Made by a program: the position numbers and the translations under genes. Under the pieces are notes generated by a model. It made no database searches. It was not told where the DNA came from and saw only the letters and a program-made list of their open reading frames with translations. Of a stretch of 64,000 nt of DNA, positions 38,447 through 47,822 are shown one piece after another. Positions within the stretch are counted from its first letter, which is position 1; every line of letters starts with the position of its first letter. Source of the stretch: Rubripirellula sp. (lineage in GTDB: Bacteria > Planctomycetota > Planctomycetia > Pirellulales > Pirellulaceae); the NCBI GenBank assembly GCA_965216875.1, contig OZ244207.1, positions 5,920,001 to 5,984,000 on the forward strand. Direction: 5' to 3'.

Positions 38447-39964
38447 ATGGCGTCGAAGAAACTCAATCTTGCCTCTGCGCTACTCGCCCTTTTCGCCTGG
38501 CTTCTGATCGGTTCGCTGGTTGGCGCCGGCATCGGATATCTGACGTTCGCGAAAACTCCGGCTACGTTTGAAGCAACCGCAAAGGTACAAGTGAAGCGAG
38601 TCGGAACGGAAACGCCCGATGTCAGCGACCAAGATGTAATCGTTTCGGACGCGACCCTTCTCGATGCGGCGTCGAACAATCGATTTGCGAAACTGCCCGA
38701 ATGGGAATATCGCAAATTGACAACTGAAGAGATCGCGCGCGAGGTCTCACAACGTCTACTCGTCTCGAAGACCGCCGATGGAAGTCACGGCCCCGTCTAT
38801 GAAATACGGTTCCGAGGCACGACACCGTCATCTGCCCAGCAAGTTGTAACCGCCGTCACCGATCATGCAGTCCAACGCGTGACGCCAGGTGTCACCCAAA
38901 ATGAATGGCAAGAAGCGCTGGAATTGCTTACTCAAGCGCGCGGCGAAGTCACAACGCGTATCGAGTCGCTCGAAAGTGAATTGCGAGAACTATCAGGCGA
39001 TGATCGAAGCCTTGAACATGATGATGTTTCCCTCTCGTCAGAGGTGGCTCGCTGGGAACGTTTGAAAACCCGTCAACGTTTGCTCCAAAACGAACGAGCT
39101 GGAATCGAATCAAAGATTCGGTCCATCAAATCGGAAGTCGCGAGTGGCGTCGCGCCCGCTCTCATTCTCCGTGACCTCGGTCAGGCCCCCGAAACCACTC
39201 CCAACGTGGCGCACGCGATAGAAGAGGAATCGTCTGACGATCCTGAGACAACCGCGGCCGACGAGCGACTGCGACGAATCAAAGAACGCGAAGCTGCCGT
39301 CGAAAGCGTCGAGCGAGAACTCGAACCGCTCGAGAATGAACTCGCGCGTCTGCGAGAACGACTGGGCGAGAACCACCCGACCGTTCGAGGCGTCAAGGAA
39401 CAGATCGCTGTCGTCCGGTCGCGGCTCGATGCCCTTCCGCCAATCGATCCAATCAAAAACGAAACGGAATCGACCGAAAAGCCCTCCATTGGCGAACCTC
39501 GCGAAGCGGAGCCTGCGCGCGTCGCGGAGACGCCTCCCGCTCAGACGGTCAAAGATGCCGCAAAACAGGTCGATCGTCTTTTGCGTGCCCTCACCGAAAG
39601 CAGGCTTGCCGTATCCGATGAACTCAGTGACGTCGCTGCAGAACTCGACGTCCTGGCGGAAGCACTTTCAACACAGGATCAGGCGCGGGTTCGCATCGGC
39701 CAAATCAGAGCCGACCTCGTCAAGCAAGGACGCTACCACACCGAGATCTTGACACGACTCGACAACTTGAGCGCCGTGCCTCCGCAACGCTCCATCGAAA
39801 TCGAGGTCGTCCAGGCAGCGGGCCTGGGACGTCAGATTGCACCGGTTCTAGCACCCTATCTGGCGCGGGGTATTGGAATAGGCGCCATTTCGGGGGCAAT
39901 TCTCAGCACTCTGCTCTTGCTCATCGGACTTGCCGCACAGGGCCGCGAAGTGTCCTCAGAGTGA
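38447..39964 (+). CDS. Wzz/Wzc-N (GumC)-like polysaccharide co-polymerase, no kinase domain
   Basis: Two terminal TM helices, long coiled coil, LGENHPTV motif, no Walker A. Confidence 0.75.
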   Translation: MASKKLNLASALLALFAWLLIGSLVGAGIGYLTFAKTPATFEATAKVQVKRVGTETPDVSDQDVIVSDATLLDAASNNRFAKLPEWEYRKLTTEEIAREVSQRLLVSKTADGSHGPVYEIRFRGTTPSSAQQVVTAVTDHAVQRVTPGVTQNEWQEALELLTQARGEVTTRIESLESELRELSGDDRSLEHDDVSLSSEVARWERLKTRQRLLQNERAGIESKIRSIKSEVASGVAPALILRDLGQAPETTPNVAHAIEEESSDDPETTAADERLRRIKEREAAVESVERELEPLENELARLRERLGENHPTVRGVKEQIAVVRSRLDALPPIDPIKNETESTEKPSIGEPREAEPARVAETPPAQTVKDAAKQVDRLLRALTESRLAVSDELSDVAAELDVLAEALSTQDQARVRIGQIRADLVKQGRYHTEILTRLDNLSAVPPQRSIEIEVVQAAGLGRQIAPVLAPYLARGIGIGAISGAILSTLLLLIGLAAQGREVSSE

Positions 39965-40158
39965 TTGCGGACGGGCGATGACCGCCCTCTCTTGTTTCGC
40001 TGACCGCTAATTCCCACCAGTGAGCCAAGCTCTTGCCGGTTCTTTTTGTGGATTGAACGGGAAAGTGCGGTAACTATCGTAGTCTTAACGCGTTGTAGGC
40101 GTGCCGAGGAAGATCCGGACCTACTTCCTGTTCCTTCCACAGCCTCTTCGTCACCCTG

Positions 40159-41379
40159 ATGAGATTCACAATGAAACGACTATTGGCAGCAGCCACTTTG
40201 TTTGTGGCGGCATGTGTGACCCTGCCTGACACCAGTGCCCAGGGCCTTTCGAAATTGAGCGTCACTCAGTGGGTGATGCCAAGCGTTCCGGGCCAGTTCG
40301 AAGCGCGTGTGGTTGTTCCCCGCGTTGATGGTGGTTCGCGCGCCGTTCGAAACGCCGTCATCACTCTTCGCGGCAAAGGCGGGGTGATTTACCGTGGCAA
40401 GAGCAATCGCGACGGCGATGTTCTCATTCGAAATGTCGAACCGGGCATCTACGCCGTAACAGCTCAGGGAAATGGAATCTGTGCGTGCTATGCAATGCAC
40501 ATCCTTAGCGAAACAACACCAGGTTCAAACATCTATCCCGACGTCGCCGAGATCTCCTGTGCTCTCGTTCCCGTCGAGATGTTTGAGAAGACGGTTCGCC
40601 GCTACCTGCCAAGTGACTACAGCATCGACAAGTTGACCATTCACGAACCAGCCGTCGAAAGAATCGCTCAACAAACACGCGGGAACGAAATGTTCCGCGT
40701 CACACGTTCGGGAAGTGGAATTGTTGGTTACATCTACGCTCCCACCGATCACGGTGAAGTTCTTGATGCATTCGATCACGACGACAAATTGGAACCCTCC
40801 GAGCGTGCCCAGGTCTATTTAATCCGTGACGGCAAGCGAATTCGTCATGATGTGACGGACCGTCGCGGACGATTCGATTTCACAAACCTCAAGCCAGGCA
40901 TCTACTCGATTCTCGCCGTCAGCCGCGATGGCGTAGCTTCGGTCGGCTTCGAGCTCGAAGACGAGCAACCTGATCTTGGCACGGTCACCACGGACGGCAA
41001 GCAGTTCGTCATGCAAGCGGAAAGTGGCGGATCGCAGTTTGCCGTTCAACTGATCCCCGTCGTCGCGGGTGAAGAAACGGTCGCCAACGCTGACGACTCG
41101 ATGCCCGCCGGTTACACCGATGGTTTCGCCGGCTTTGGTGGCGAAGCTGCCGTAGCTGGGCTGGCAGCTGCCGCGCCTGCCGGTGCTGGAGCAGCAGGTG
41201 CGGGTGCCGCAGGAGCTGCCGGCGCAGCAGGTGCCGGAGCCGCGGGTGCAGCAGGAGGACTCGGCAGTATTGGTGCCGTCTCCGCTCTCGGCGGTGTCGT
41301 GGCGGGAGCTTCTGGGGGTGACAGCGGTAACCCTGTTGATCCAATCGACCCAGCAACTCCCGATGTGGTTGGTCCCTAA
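40159..41379 (+). CDS. Exported protein with two carboxypeptidase-regulatory-like (prealbumin-fold) domains and Gly/Ala tail
   Basis: Signal peptide; SNRDG..IRNVEPGIY and TDRRGRF.FTNLKPGIY; GAAGA repeats. Confidence 0.78.
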   Translation: MRFTMKRLLAAATLFVAACVTLPDTSAQGLSKLSVTQWVMPSVPGQFEARVVVPRVDGGSRAVRNAVITLRGKGGVIYRGKSNRDGDVLIRNVEPGIYAVTAQGNGICACYAMHILSETTPGSNIYPDVAEISCALVPVEMFEKTVRRYLPSDYSIDKLTIHEPAVERIAQQTRGNEMFRVTRSGSGIVGYIYAPTDHGEVLDAFDHDDKLEPSERAQVYLIRDGKRIRHDVTDRRGRFDFTNLKPGIYSILAVSRDGVASVGFELEDEQPDLGTVTTDGKQFVMQAESGGSQFAVQLIPVVAGEETVANADDSMPAGYTDGFAGFGGEAAVAGLAAAAPAGAGAAGAGAAGAAGAAGAGAAGAAGGLGSIGAVSALGGVVAGASGGDSGNPVDPIDPATPDVVGP

Positions 41380-41410
41380 GACCAGCCCCGCCATCAACCA
41401 AATCTTCTTC

Positions 41411-41438
41411 AACCCTCCCGGCCCCCGGGAGGGTTTTT
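41411..41438 (+). terminator. Intrinsic terminator
   Basis: AACCCTCCCGG-CCC-CCGGGAGGGTT followed by T run, 30 nt after the stop. Confidence 0.7.
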
Positions 41439-41631
41439 CATTGCGCTTCTTCACACAAGTGAGCCGTGATCGCGTGAGCGGCCGGGCCTTGCTTTCACGA
41501 CGCCTCGCGTCCAGCGAGTCGGCTCATTGGCATTTATCCGGAATTCGCCAAGTAAGAGATCTGACGCTGGTGTCGCCAAAGGTGTGAACCCAATGATTCA
41601 CGCTACAGATCGAAGAAAAGAGAGGCTTGAA

Positions 41632-41943
41632 ATGGCTGCTTTGAAAGTAAACGACCAGACGTTCTCGGAAGAGGTTCTCCAATCGCAACAACCGGTCCTG
41701 ATCGACTTCTGGGCGCCGTGGTGCGGACCTTGCCGCGCGATGAGTTCGGTGGTCGATGAAGTCGCTCACGAAGTTTCGGGAAAGGCAAAGGTGGTGAAAG
41801 TCAACATCGACGATGCCCCTGACACGGCGACTGAATTCGGAATCCAATCGATTCCTTCGTTCGTCGTTGTCCAAGGAGGTGAGGTCCAAAAGACGGTCAC
41901 CGGTGTCGTCCCCAAACAAGCGCTGGTCGACCTATTTGACTGA
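41632..41943 (+). CDS. trxA: Thioredoxin
   Basis: DFWAPWCGPC, FGIQSIP; start ATG 41632 after GAGG. Confidence 0.93.
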   Translation: MAALKVNDQTFSEEVLQSQQPVLIDFWAPWCGPCRAMSSVVDEVAHEVSGKAKVVKVNIDDAPDTATEFGIQSIPSFVVVQGGEVQKTVTGVVPKQALVDLFD

Positions 41944-42063
41944 CCCGTTCCCTTCAGAATTGTGCCTGCCGAAAACCGCTCGAGAACGACGCAAGTCTTT
42001 CTCGGGCATCGGCAGCATGATCCTCATCCATCTATAGCGGACCCGATACAGATCGCCGAGCCC

Positions 42064-45000
42064 TCAAATGTCGAGGCGTTGCAATCGACCCTCAATCGCT
42101 GTCTCGACGAGTGGTGCAACGTCAAGCGTCGTTTGCACGAGTAGCAACTGCTTCGCAGCCTTGGCAGGTTTGTTGGACCCCTTCAACGACTCAAGATACG
42201 TGCGAGTCAGCTGGCTTTCGATCGCGCAGCCAAGTTCCACCGCAGTTTCGTGCATCCACTCGATGACATCGCCCAGACCACGCGGCGTCTTTTTCTCCTT
42301 ACCAAAAGCAACCGGTAGAGCGTTCTCCCAGCCTTTCAGTGCCACGTAAGCACACAGCGGTGATGCGGTCGCAATTTCTTGAAAACGTTTGGCTAGACGC
42401 GACAAGCTCATGCTTTTCTGGCCAGTGTGCTCGGCGAGTACGCGTCCGAGGTTGTCAGAACCGATTCGACCGTCCTCGATCGCGCGCACCGCAATATCGA
42501 CAGCAAGTCCATGCTCACCCGGTTCCTTTGCGGCCAACCCGCACAAGAGCATGAACATGCCCATGTCACCGGGAGGCGTTTTGTCATCCAACAGTGGCTC
42601 AAGAAACGTTCGGTTGTGCCACGCCGCTTCCCACCAATCGAGGTTCTCGTGCAAGTTCTGCGCGCCCGTGGCGAAAAAGTTGTCTCGAGAGAGCGGCCAA
42701 ATACTGGCCACCCACGCAATCGATCCTCGCGTCGTGCCGAGATCCCAAAAACTGACCGACGTGTTTTTCCAGCGATCGGTTTGCATCAGTTGCGTCAACA
42801 ACGTGGTGCGTGCATCGCGCGTCCGATCCGAAGTCTCGATAACGGCATCGTGAATTGTCCGGCCACCGCAGCCGCGGGAACGGTACCGCACTTGAAATTC
42901 AGCACGCTTTCCTGCTCCCTGACCTAGCTTGGGAAACGCTTTAGCAACGCGATCATCGTCCGACATCGGTGATGCCGCCCGGGCCGCCGCACTCCAAAGC
43001 GGTGCCGATTTGCCAATGCGCGGGACTTTGCCACCAAGTGCGTAGCGAATTGCGTTGACCCATTCGCCTTTATGATTGCTGCCGAGCAACTGTATCGCCT
43101 CATCACGACGCTCTGGCGCCAACCGCAACAGCGCGATCACCAGGTCGGGTTCACTCGGAGGTCTTGTCGCGTCGTTGACACGCTTGACCAATTCAACCGG
43201 ATCGATCCACCCGCCCCGGTGCGTTGGCGCACTTAGCAGTACGGCCGTTTTGCCCAAGTGCGTGGTCGCCTCGATCGAGCGAAGCGATAGGTAGGCGAGC
43301 GGAGACGCGTCAATGCGCCATGATTTCATCGGTTCACCCAAGCCAAGAATCTCACTCGACTCATGACCATGCTTGTCTTTGTAGCGCCTCAGGGTCACTG
43401 GGCCACCGTGATCCCATGCCGCCAACAAACCCGCGACGTCGCCTCGAATCGACTCGCCAACAAAGGGTCGCAGCCCACGTTTAAAGAGTGCCCAAACTCG
43501 TTTAGTCAACGGCGCCATCATCTTCTCGAGATCATCATGACTTTGCCCTGAAAGTCGCACGATGCCATCGATGGCTCGTTCCCCGTCATCGATCAGCTCA
43601 TCATCTTCCAGAACACGACCACAAACCTGTAGCAGTTCCTCTAGATCGGTCATGGGCTCGAGCCGCTCTGATTCCTTCAGTCGTGGCAACTGCGTTTCAT
43701 CAAAGATCGTCGCGGGAATCGCTGGCAGGCTGTCATCCCCGGACGCCGCTGCATCCTGTAAAGCGGGAATGGAAAGCAGCGTCAAGATTGCCGGATCGTG
43801 CTTTGCCAACCGTTTATTGCTCGTGGCCTTCGTCCGGTTGCGTGTCGCGGCGGATGATTTTGGTTTCGTTTCGCTCGCCTTCGCATCGGCCGGATTACAC
43901 CATGCTGACACCTCTTTGCGGATTGATGCACCGACGATGCTCTCGTACGTTCTAACGGTATCGACGAGAGCTTCGTCATCTTGCGATCCATGCTTGGCGA
44001 TGAACTTGAAAACACTTTTCTGGACATCCACCCGGCTGTGCCCTAGCCCATCCGCAACGAGCAAACAGATTGCCGAACTCGATTCTGGGGATTGTGAGAT
44101 AAGGGTGGTGTAAATCTTCAAACCTTTGCTCACCATCGTCTTTTGCTTTGCGACCATTGCTGGAGCAATCGCGTCGGCGAGCTGCATGGGATCCTTGACG
44201 ATTCCGTCATCAAGCATCTGCTCCGAGTGCTTGAATGCCCAGCTTGCGATGTTGGGAATGTCGCTCCCGATTAGCGTCAACATTGTCTCAACGTGAAGCT
44301 TTCGCTCTGATTTGGTTGGTTCAAGTGAATCGTAAAACTTCATGAACCAGGCAGAGCGAAAATGGTTGAAACCAAGTTCTAGCGCGCCAAGCGAAGAGGC
44401 CAGCAAACGTTTGCGAGAGAGCCGCTTGGATTCGGCGAGACTCAACAACGCAGCAGACCAACTACCCTCACCCCAGCGATCGACCGTCGCCAAGGTGTTC
44501 TCCCCGTCACCTTCATGCTCGAACAAACGCCACACTTCGTCTTTCAATAACGCCGGATCATTCTCGAGCGCTTCGAGCGTTGACGTGCCCGACGCGTCCC
44601 AGCGGTTGCCTTTTAGCCCCGAGATCATGCCTGTGTAGTACCGCGGGTTATCCGGCTTGCTGCACAGTTTGCGGCGCACCATTTCGCGTACCGTCGCCCA
44701 GTTTTGCCAATAGTGACTTCCCTTGAGAAGCAGCTCAACAAGTTCGTCGGTCCACTTTGGCTTCCGAGCCGCGACGGTCTCGACGATCGCCTCACTTCGC
44801 GGCAGCGCCCAACGCCCAGCCTTTTCGATCTCGCTGAGGGTTGCTGTTGCAAACAACGCCACGCCAGCTGGCCACAGCAAAGGATTCATTCGAAACGTGC
44901 CAGGCGGGTCCTGAATCAGAGAATTCGATTTTTGCTCTCGATACCATTTGGCGCAAAACGGCGCTAACTCACGGCGTTGTTTTTCCGTGAGCGGATCGAA

Positions 45001-45144
45001 AAACGCCAGCACCTCCGTTTGAGAGTCCTCCTGTTCCAACAGCGTTTGCAACTTGTCGACATCAGTCGACGCGCTCTTGGCGGCTTTCTTTCTCTTAGCT
45101 GGCCGCTTATTTGATTCTGTGGTCGCCTTCTTTTTCGCCATCAA
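42064..45144 (-). CDS. Large helical DUF6493-like protein
   Basis: LLSAPTHRGGWIDPVELVKR and DLVIALLRL blocks recalled from this family; overlaps the SWIM gene end. Confidence 0.7.
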   Translation of the reverse strand: MMAKKKATTESNKRPAKRKKAAKSASTDVDKLQTLLEQEDSQTEVLAFFDPLTEKQRRELAPFCAKWYREQKSNSLIQDPPGTFRMNPLLWPAGVALFATATLSEIEKAGRWALPRSEAIVETVAARKPKWTDELVELLLKGSHYWQNWATVREMVRRKLCSKPDNPRYYTGMISGLKGNRWDASGTSTLEALENDPALLKDEVWRLFEHEGDGENTLATVDRWGEGSWSAALLSLAESKRLSRKRLLASSLGALELGFNHFRSAWFMKFYDSLEPTKSERKLHVETMLTLIGSDIPNIASWAFKHSEQMLDDGIVKDPMQLADAIAPAMVAKQKTMVSKGLKIYTTLISQSPESSSAICLLVADGLGHSRVDVQKSVFKFIAKHGSQDDEALVDTVRTYESIVGASIRKEVSAWCNPADAKASETKPKSSAATRNRTKATSNKRLAKHDPAILTLLSIPALQDAAASGDDSLPAIPATIFDETQLPRLKESERLEPMTDLEELLQVCGRVLEDDELIDDGERAIDGIVRLSGQSHDDLEKMMAPLTKRVWALFKRGLRPFVGESIRGDVAGLLAAWDHGGPVTLRRYKDKHGHESSEILGLGEPMKSWRIDASPLAYLSLRSIEATTHLGKTAVLLSAPTHRGGWIDPVELVKRVNDATRPPSEPDLVIALLRLAPERRDEAIQLLGSNHKGEWVNAIRYALGGKVPRIGKSAPLWSAAARAASPMSDDDRVAKAFPKLGQGAGKRAEFQVRYRSRGCGGRTIHDAVIETSDRTRDARTTLLTQLMQTDRWKNTSVSFWDLGTTRGSIAWVASIWPLSRDNFFATGAQNLHENLDWWEAAWHNRTFLEPLLDDKTPPGDMGMFMLLCGLAAKEPGEHGLAVDIAVRAIEDGRIGSDNLGRVLAEHTGQKSMSLSRLAKRFQEIATASPLCAYVALKGWENALPVAFGKEKKTPRGLGDVIEWMHETAVELGCAIESQLTRTYLESLKGSNKPAKAAKQLLLVQTTLDVAPLVETAIEGRLQRLDI

Positions 45145-46520
45145 CCTTCGCCCGACTCTTCCAGATAGATTTGCACGGCCAGAATGTGTTTACAGGGTCC
45201 GCGAGATTGGCCGTGGCGGTGGTACCACGGACAGCTGCACCGGACATCGTCCTCTTGGTCTGCCTTGACAACGACGCGATGCTTCACGTCCGGTCGATCA
45301 ATTTCGAAAACGGCATCACCGCTCGCATTGTTGTCAACTTGAGACACGCGGTGCTCGGCTACCAATTTGCGCGCATCGATTAGGCGGGGCTGTAACTTTT
45401 CAACATCGGAAACATTGAACGGCAACTCGCGATGAAAGTAAGATTGTTGAAAAAGATCGAATCCTACGAGACCTTGCGTCGCCAACACACTCAACGCGAC
45501 ATCCGCCTTTGACTTAGAGACCTTTGCCGACTTCGCGATCGCTTCGGCGGTAATCACCGCTTGCCATTTCAAAGCCGCGCGTACTTGTGCCAATCCGTCA
45601 CGATCCGCGGCGGCGAGTTCGGAAAGGACCTGACCCTCGCCCGAAAAGCCTCGCCAAACCTCCGGACTGATGACAACCGTGAATCGAGCACCAGGAAGCT
45701 CCAACACCCACCCCGATGCTCCCGTAACTTGATCCGAATAGACACCGAGCGTCTTCGCTTCGCGGACGAGAGGTTCAAGTACGGCGAGACGTTCGAGTCC
45801 ACCGACACGAACGCATTGCGGCGTCGACAGTTGAGACAAACGCAAGCCCGCACCCGATGCAACCACATAGGTCTCCCGTCGATGCGTCTTCACCCTTGGC
45901 AATGATCGCAGAAACCGAAACGCGTGAACTCCGGCGACCTCATGGACCTTTTCCATTCGATGTTGAACCGCCTGGACTTCGATCAATCCTCGCAACCAAC
46001 GAACGGGCAGCTTGACTTTCTTCTCAACCACCGCGCCCGCCTGACGCTGTAGACACACCTCGTCACTTCCCACCGCGATCGAAACGTTTTCGGTGGGCTT
46101 CAGTCGAGCGAGTGCCGCGAGCATTGGTTGATTGAAGTCGACGTTAGTGGTCCCTCGACCGCTGACATCTCCGTCAAAGGAATCACTTTCGAAATCGGCT
46201 CGTGAATAGGCTCCGCAGCACGCGGAAAACCCTTCGAAGCGAAGAACGTCATCATTGCAAGTGACAACAGGATCGGCTTCCGCCAAGATCCGATTCAGCA
46301 TGGCGGCTGGCACGTGAAATCGAGACTTCACCACCCTCATCACTGCGGTCAGCAACTTCGCAGCACGCACCGGCGAAGCCAAACGTGCCTCAAAAAAATA
46401 GGGCGAATGTTGTTCGGCGTCCGCTACCGTGGCCAATCGCAAGACTTGCTTCGATCCATCTCGATCAAGCTGCGATGGATGCGCGTAGCGCATGACCTGT
46501 TCGGCACCTCCTAATGACAT
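45141..46520 (-). CDS. SWIM zinc-finger protein
   Basis: C-terminal CSCPW...RGPCKH; N-terminal DPVVT...RFEGFSACCGAY, GTTNVDFN, KKVKLPVRWLRG. Confidence 0.88.
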   Translation of the reverse strand: MSLGGAEQVMRYAHPSQLDRDGSKQVLRLATVADAEQHSPYFFEARLASPVRAAKLLTAVMRVVKSRFHVPAAMLNRILAEADPVVTCNDDVLRFEGFSACCGAYSRADFESDSFDGDVSGRGTTNVDFNQPMLAALARLKPTENVSIAVGSDEVCLQRQAGAVVEKKVKLPVRWLRGLIEVQAVQHRMEKVHEVAGVHAFRFLRSLPRVKTHRRETYVVASGAGLRLSQLSTPQCVRVGGLERLAVLEPLVREAKTLGVYSDQVTGASGWVLELPGARFTVVISPEVWRGFSGEGQVLSELAAADRDGLAQVRAALKWQAVITAEAIAKSAKVSKSKADVALSVLATQGLVGFDLFQQSYFHRELPFNVSDVEKLQPRLIDARKLVAEHRVSQVDNNASGDAVFEIDRPDVKHRVVVKADQEDDVRCSCPWYHRHGQSRGPCKHILAVQIYLEESGEG

Positions 46521-46539
46521 ACCGGACCATTGTAACGGC

Positions 46540-46807
46540 TGTAGGCCGGATCAAAGAGCGACAGCGATGCAGATCCGGCAGACACAAGGTTTGCTTTCCC
46601 AGAACAGGGCCCGCCCGCTGACGCGATCGCCGCTCAGAGCTCCCACCGTCTGGCGACGGTAGCTACGTTGCAACCTTTGTAGGCCGGATCAAAGAGCGAC
46701 AGCGATGCAGATCCGGCAGACACAAGGTTTGCTTTCCCAGAACAGGGCCCGCCCGTTGACGCGATCGCCGCTCAGAGCTCCCACCGTCTGGCGACACTAG
46801 CTACGTT
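46540..46807. repeat. BIME-like tandem array, 2 x 138 bp
   Basis: Units start at 46541 and 46679; each has a GTAGGCCGGATC...GATCCGGCA REP, a GAGC-type REP and an inverted GTAGCTA-type REP. Confidence 0.92.
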
Positions 46808-46818
46808 TCACGCTCGGC

Positions 46819-47640
46819 CTACAGGTGGTAAAGGCTCTCGAGAAGTTCGCTTGCTGTTGAAGCGACGTGAGCGTTCGCTTTGAACATCGTCTCATACCGT
46901 GTCAGGTCAACGAACTCCTGAGCGAGGTCGGTATTCGATGCCTCTCTCGCACCTGCGATGATTCTTGCAGAGTCACCATGAACATCGATTGGCAAACCGC
47001 TGCTAGGGCTCATCGCAAACGTGTTGTTCTCTCGCCGCTCAAGTCCATGCGGATTCGTGAACCGTGCCAATTGCACGCGTCCCAAATCTCGCAGCACGCC
47101 ATCGCCAAAATGGCCGCGAATCACACCATCGTCGCCCACTTCAAATCGCGCGAGGTCCGAGTGTGTCCCCAGCCGATTCGCAGGTAGCTGAATCGGCTCG
47201 AGTTGATGTTCCTGAATCACAAAGTCTTGATTGACGTTCTGACCTAGGACGCGTTGGCCATGCGCGGTCAACAGCTCGCCATTGCCGCCAACATGAAACT
47301 GTCCGTTCCGTGTGTACAGTCGCTCGCCACCCGATCCCTCCAGCACAAAGAGTCCGTTCCCCTCGATCGCTAAATCGAGAGAGCGATCGCTGAGCAAGAT
47401 CGAGCCCTGCGTGTGGTCGGTTTCGATCGTTGCCGCCTGCACTCCTAGGCCGACCTGGGCGGTGTTTCCACCGTTTGAATTGCCGAGCGAGGCGGCTCGC
47501 GGCCGTTGATCCGAAAGGACAACACGTGTCGCTTTATAGCCGACCGTTTGCGAATTGGCGACGTTGTTGGAGGCGTTGCGCACCGCAAGTGCCGCATTGG
47601 ACATTCCGCTCAGCGATGTACTTAATACCGACCCCAGCAT
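46819..47640 (-). CDS. Flagellar hook/basal-body rod family protein (FlgE/F/G-like)
   Basis: SNNVANSQTVGYK, DLAIEGNGLF, YTRNGQF, EASNTDLAQEF. Start ATG 47640. Confidence 0.88.
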   Translation of the reverse strand: MLGSVLSTSLSGMSNAALAVRNASNNVANSQTVGYKATRVVLSDQRPRAASLGNSNGGNTAQVGLGVQAATIETDHTQGSILLSDRSLDLAIEGNGLFVLEGSGGERLYTRNGQFHVGGNGELLTAHGQRVLGQNVNQDFVIQEHQLEPIQLPANRLGTHSDLARFEVGDDGVIRGHFGDGVLRDLGRVQLARFTNPHGLERRENNTFAMSPSSGLPIDVHGDSARIIAGAREASNTDLAQEFVDLTRYETMFKANAHVASTASELLESLYHL

Positions 47641-47822
47641 GAATGCCCCAAAATCTGAACAGACACAATCCAACCGCATGACCCCAATTGAAACCCTAGG
47701 TCACAAATCGCCTTCGTGCTGCGAAAAAACAAAATCCGAAGCCCTTTTGGTCGCTTCATCGAACGCGACTACAATCACGTGCTCCCCAACTTCCTCCCGC
47801 CCCGTCAGATTCTTCGATAGCC

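Noticed and set aside
46540..46807. CRISPR array
   Set aside because: Sequences between repeats are near-identical rather than unique spacers; only two units; no cas genes.
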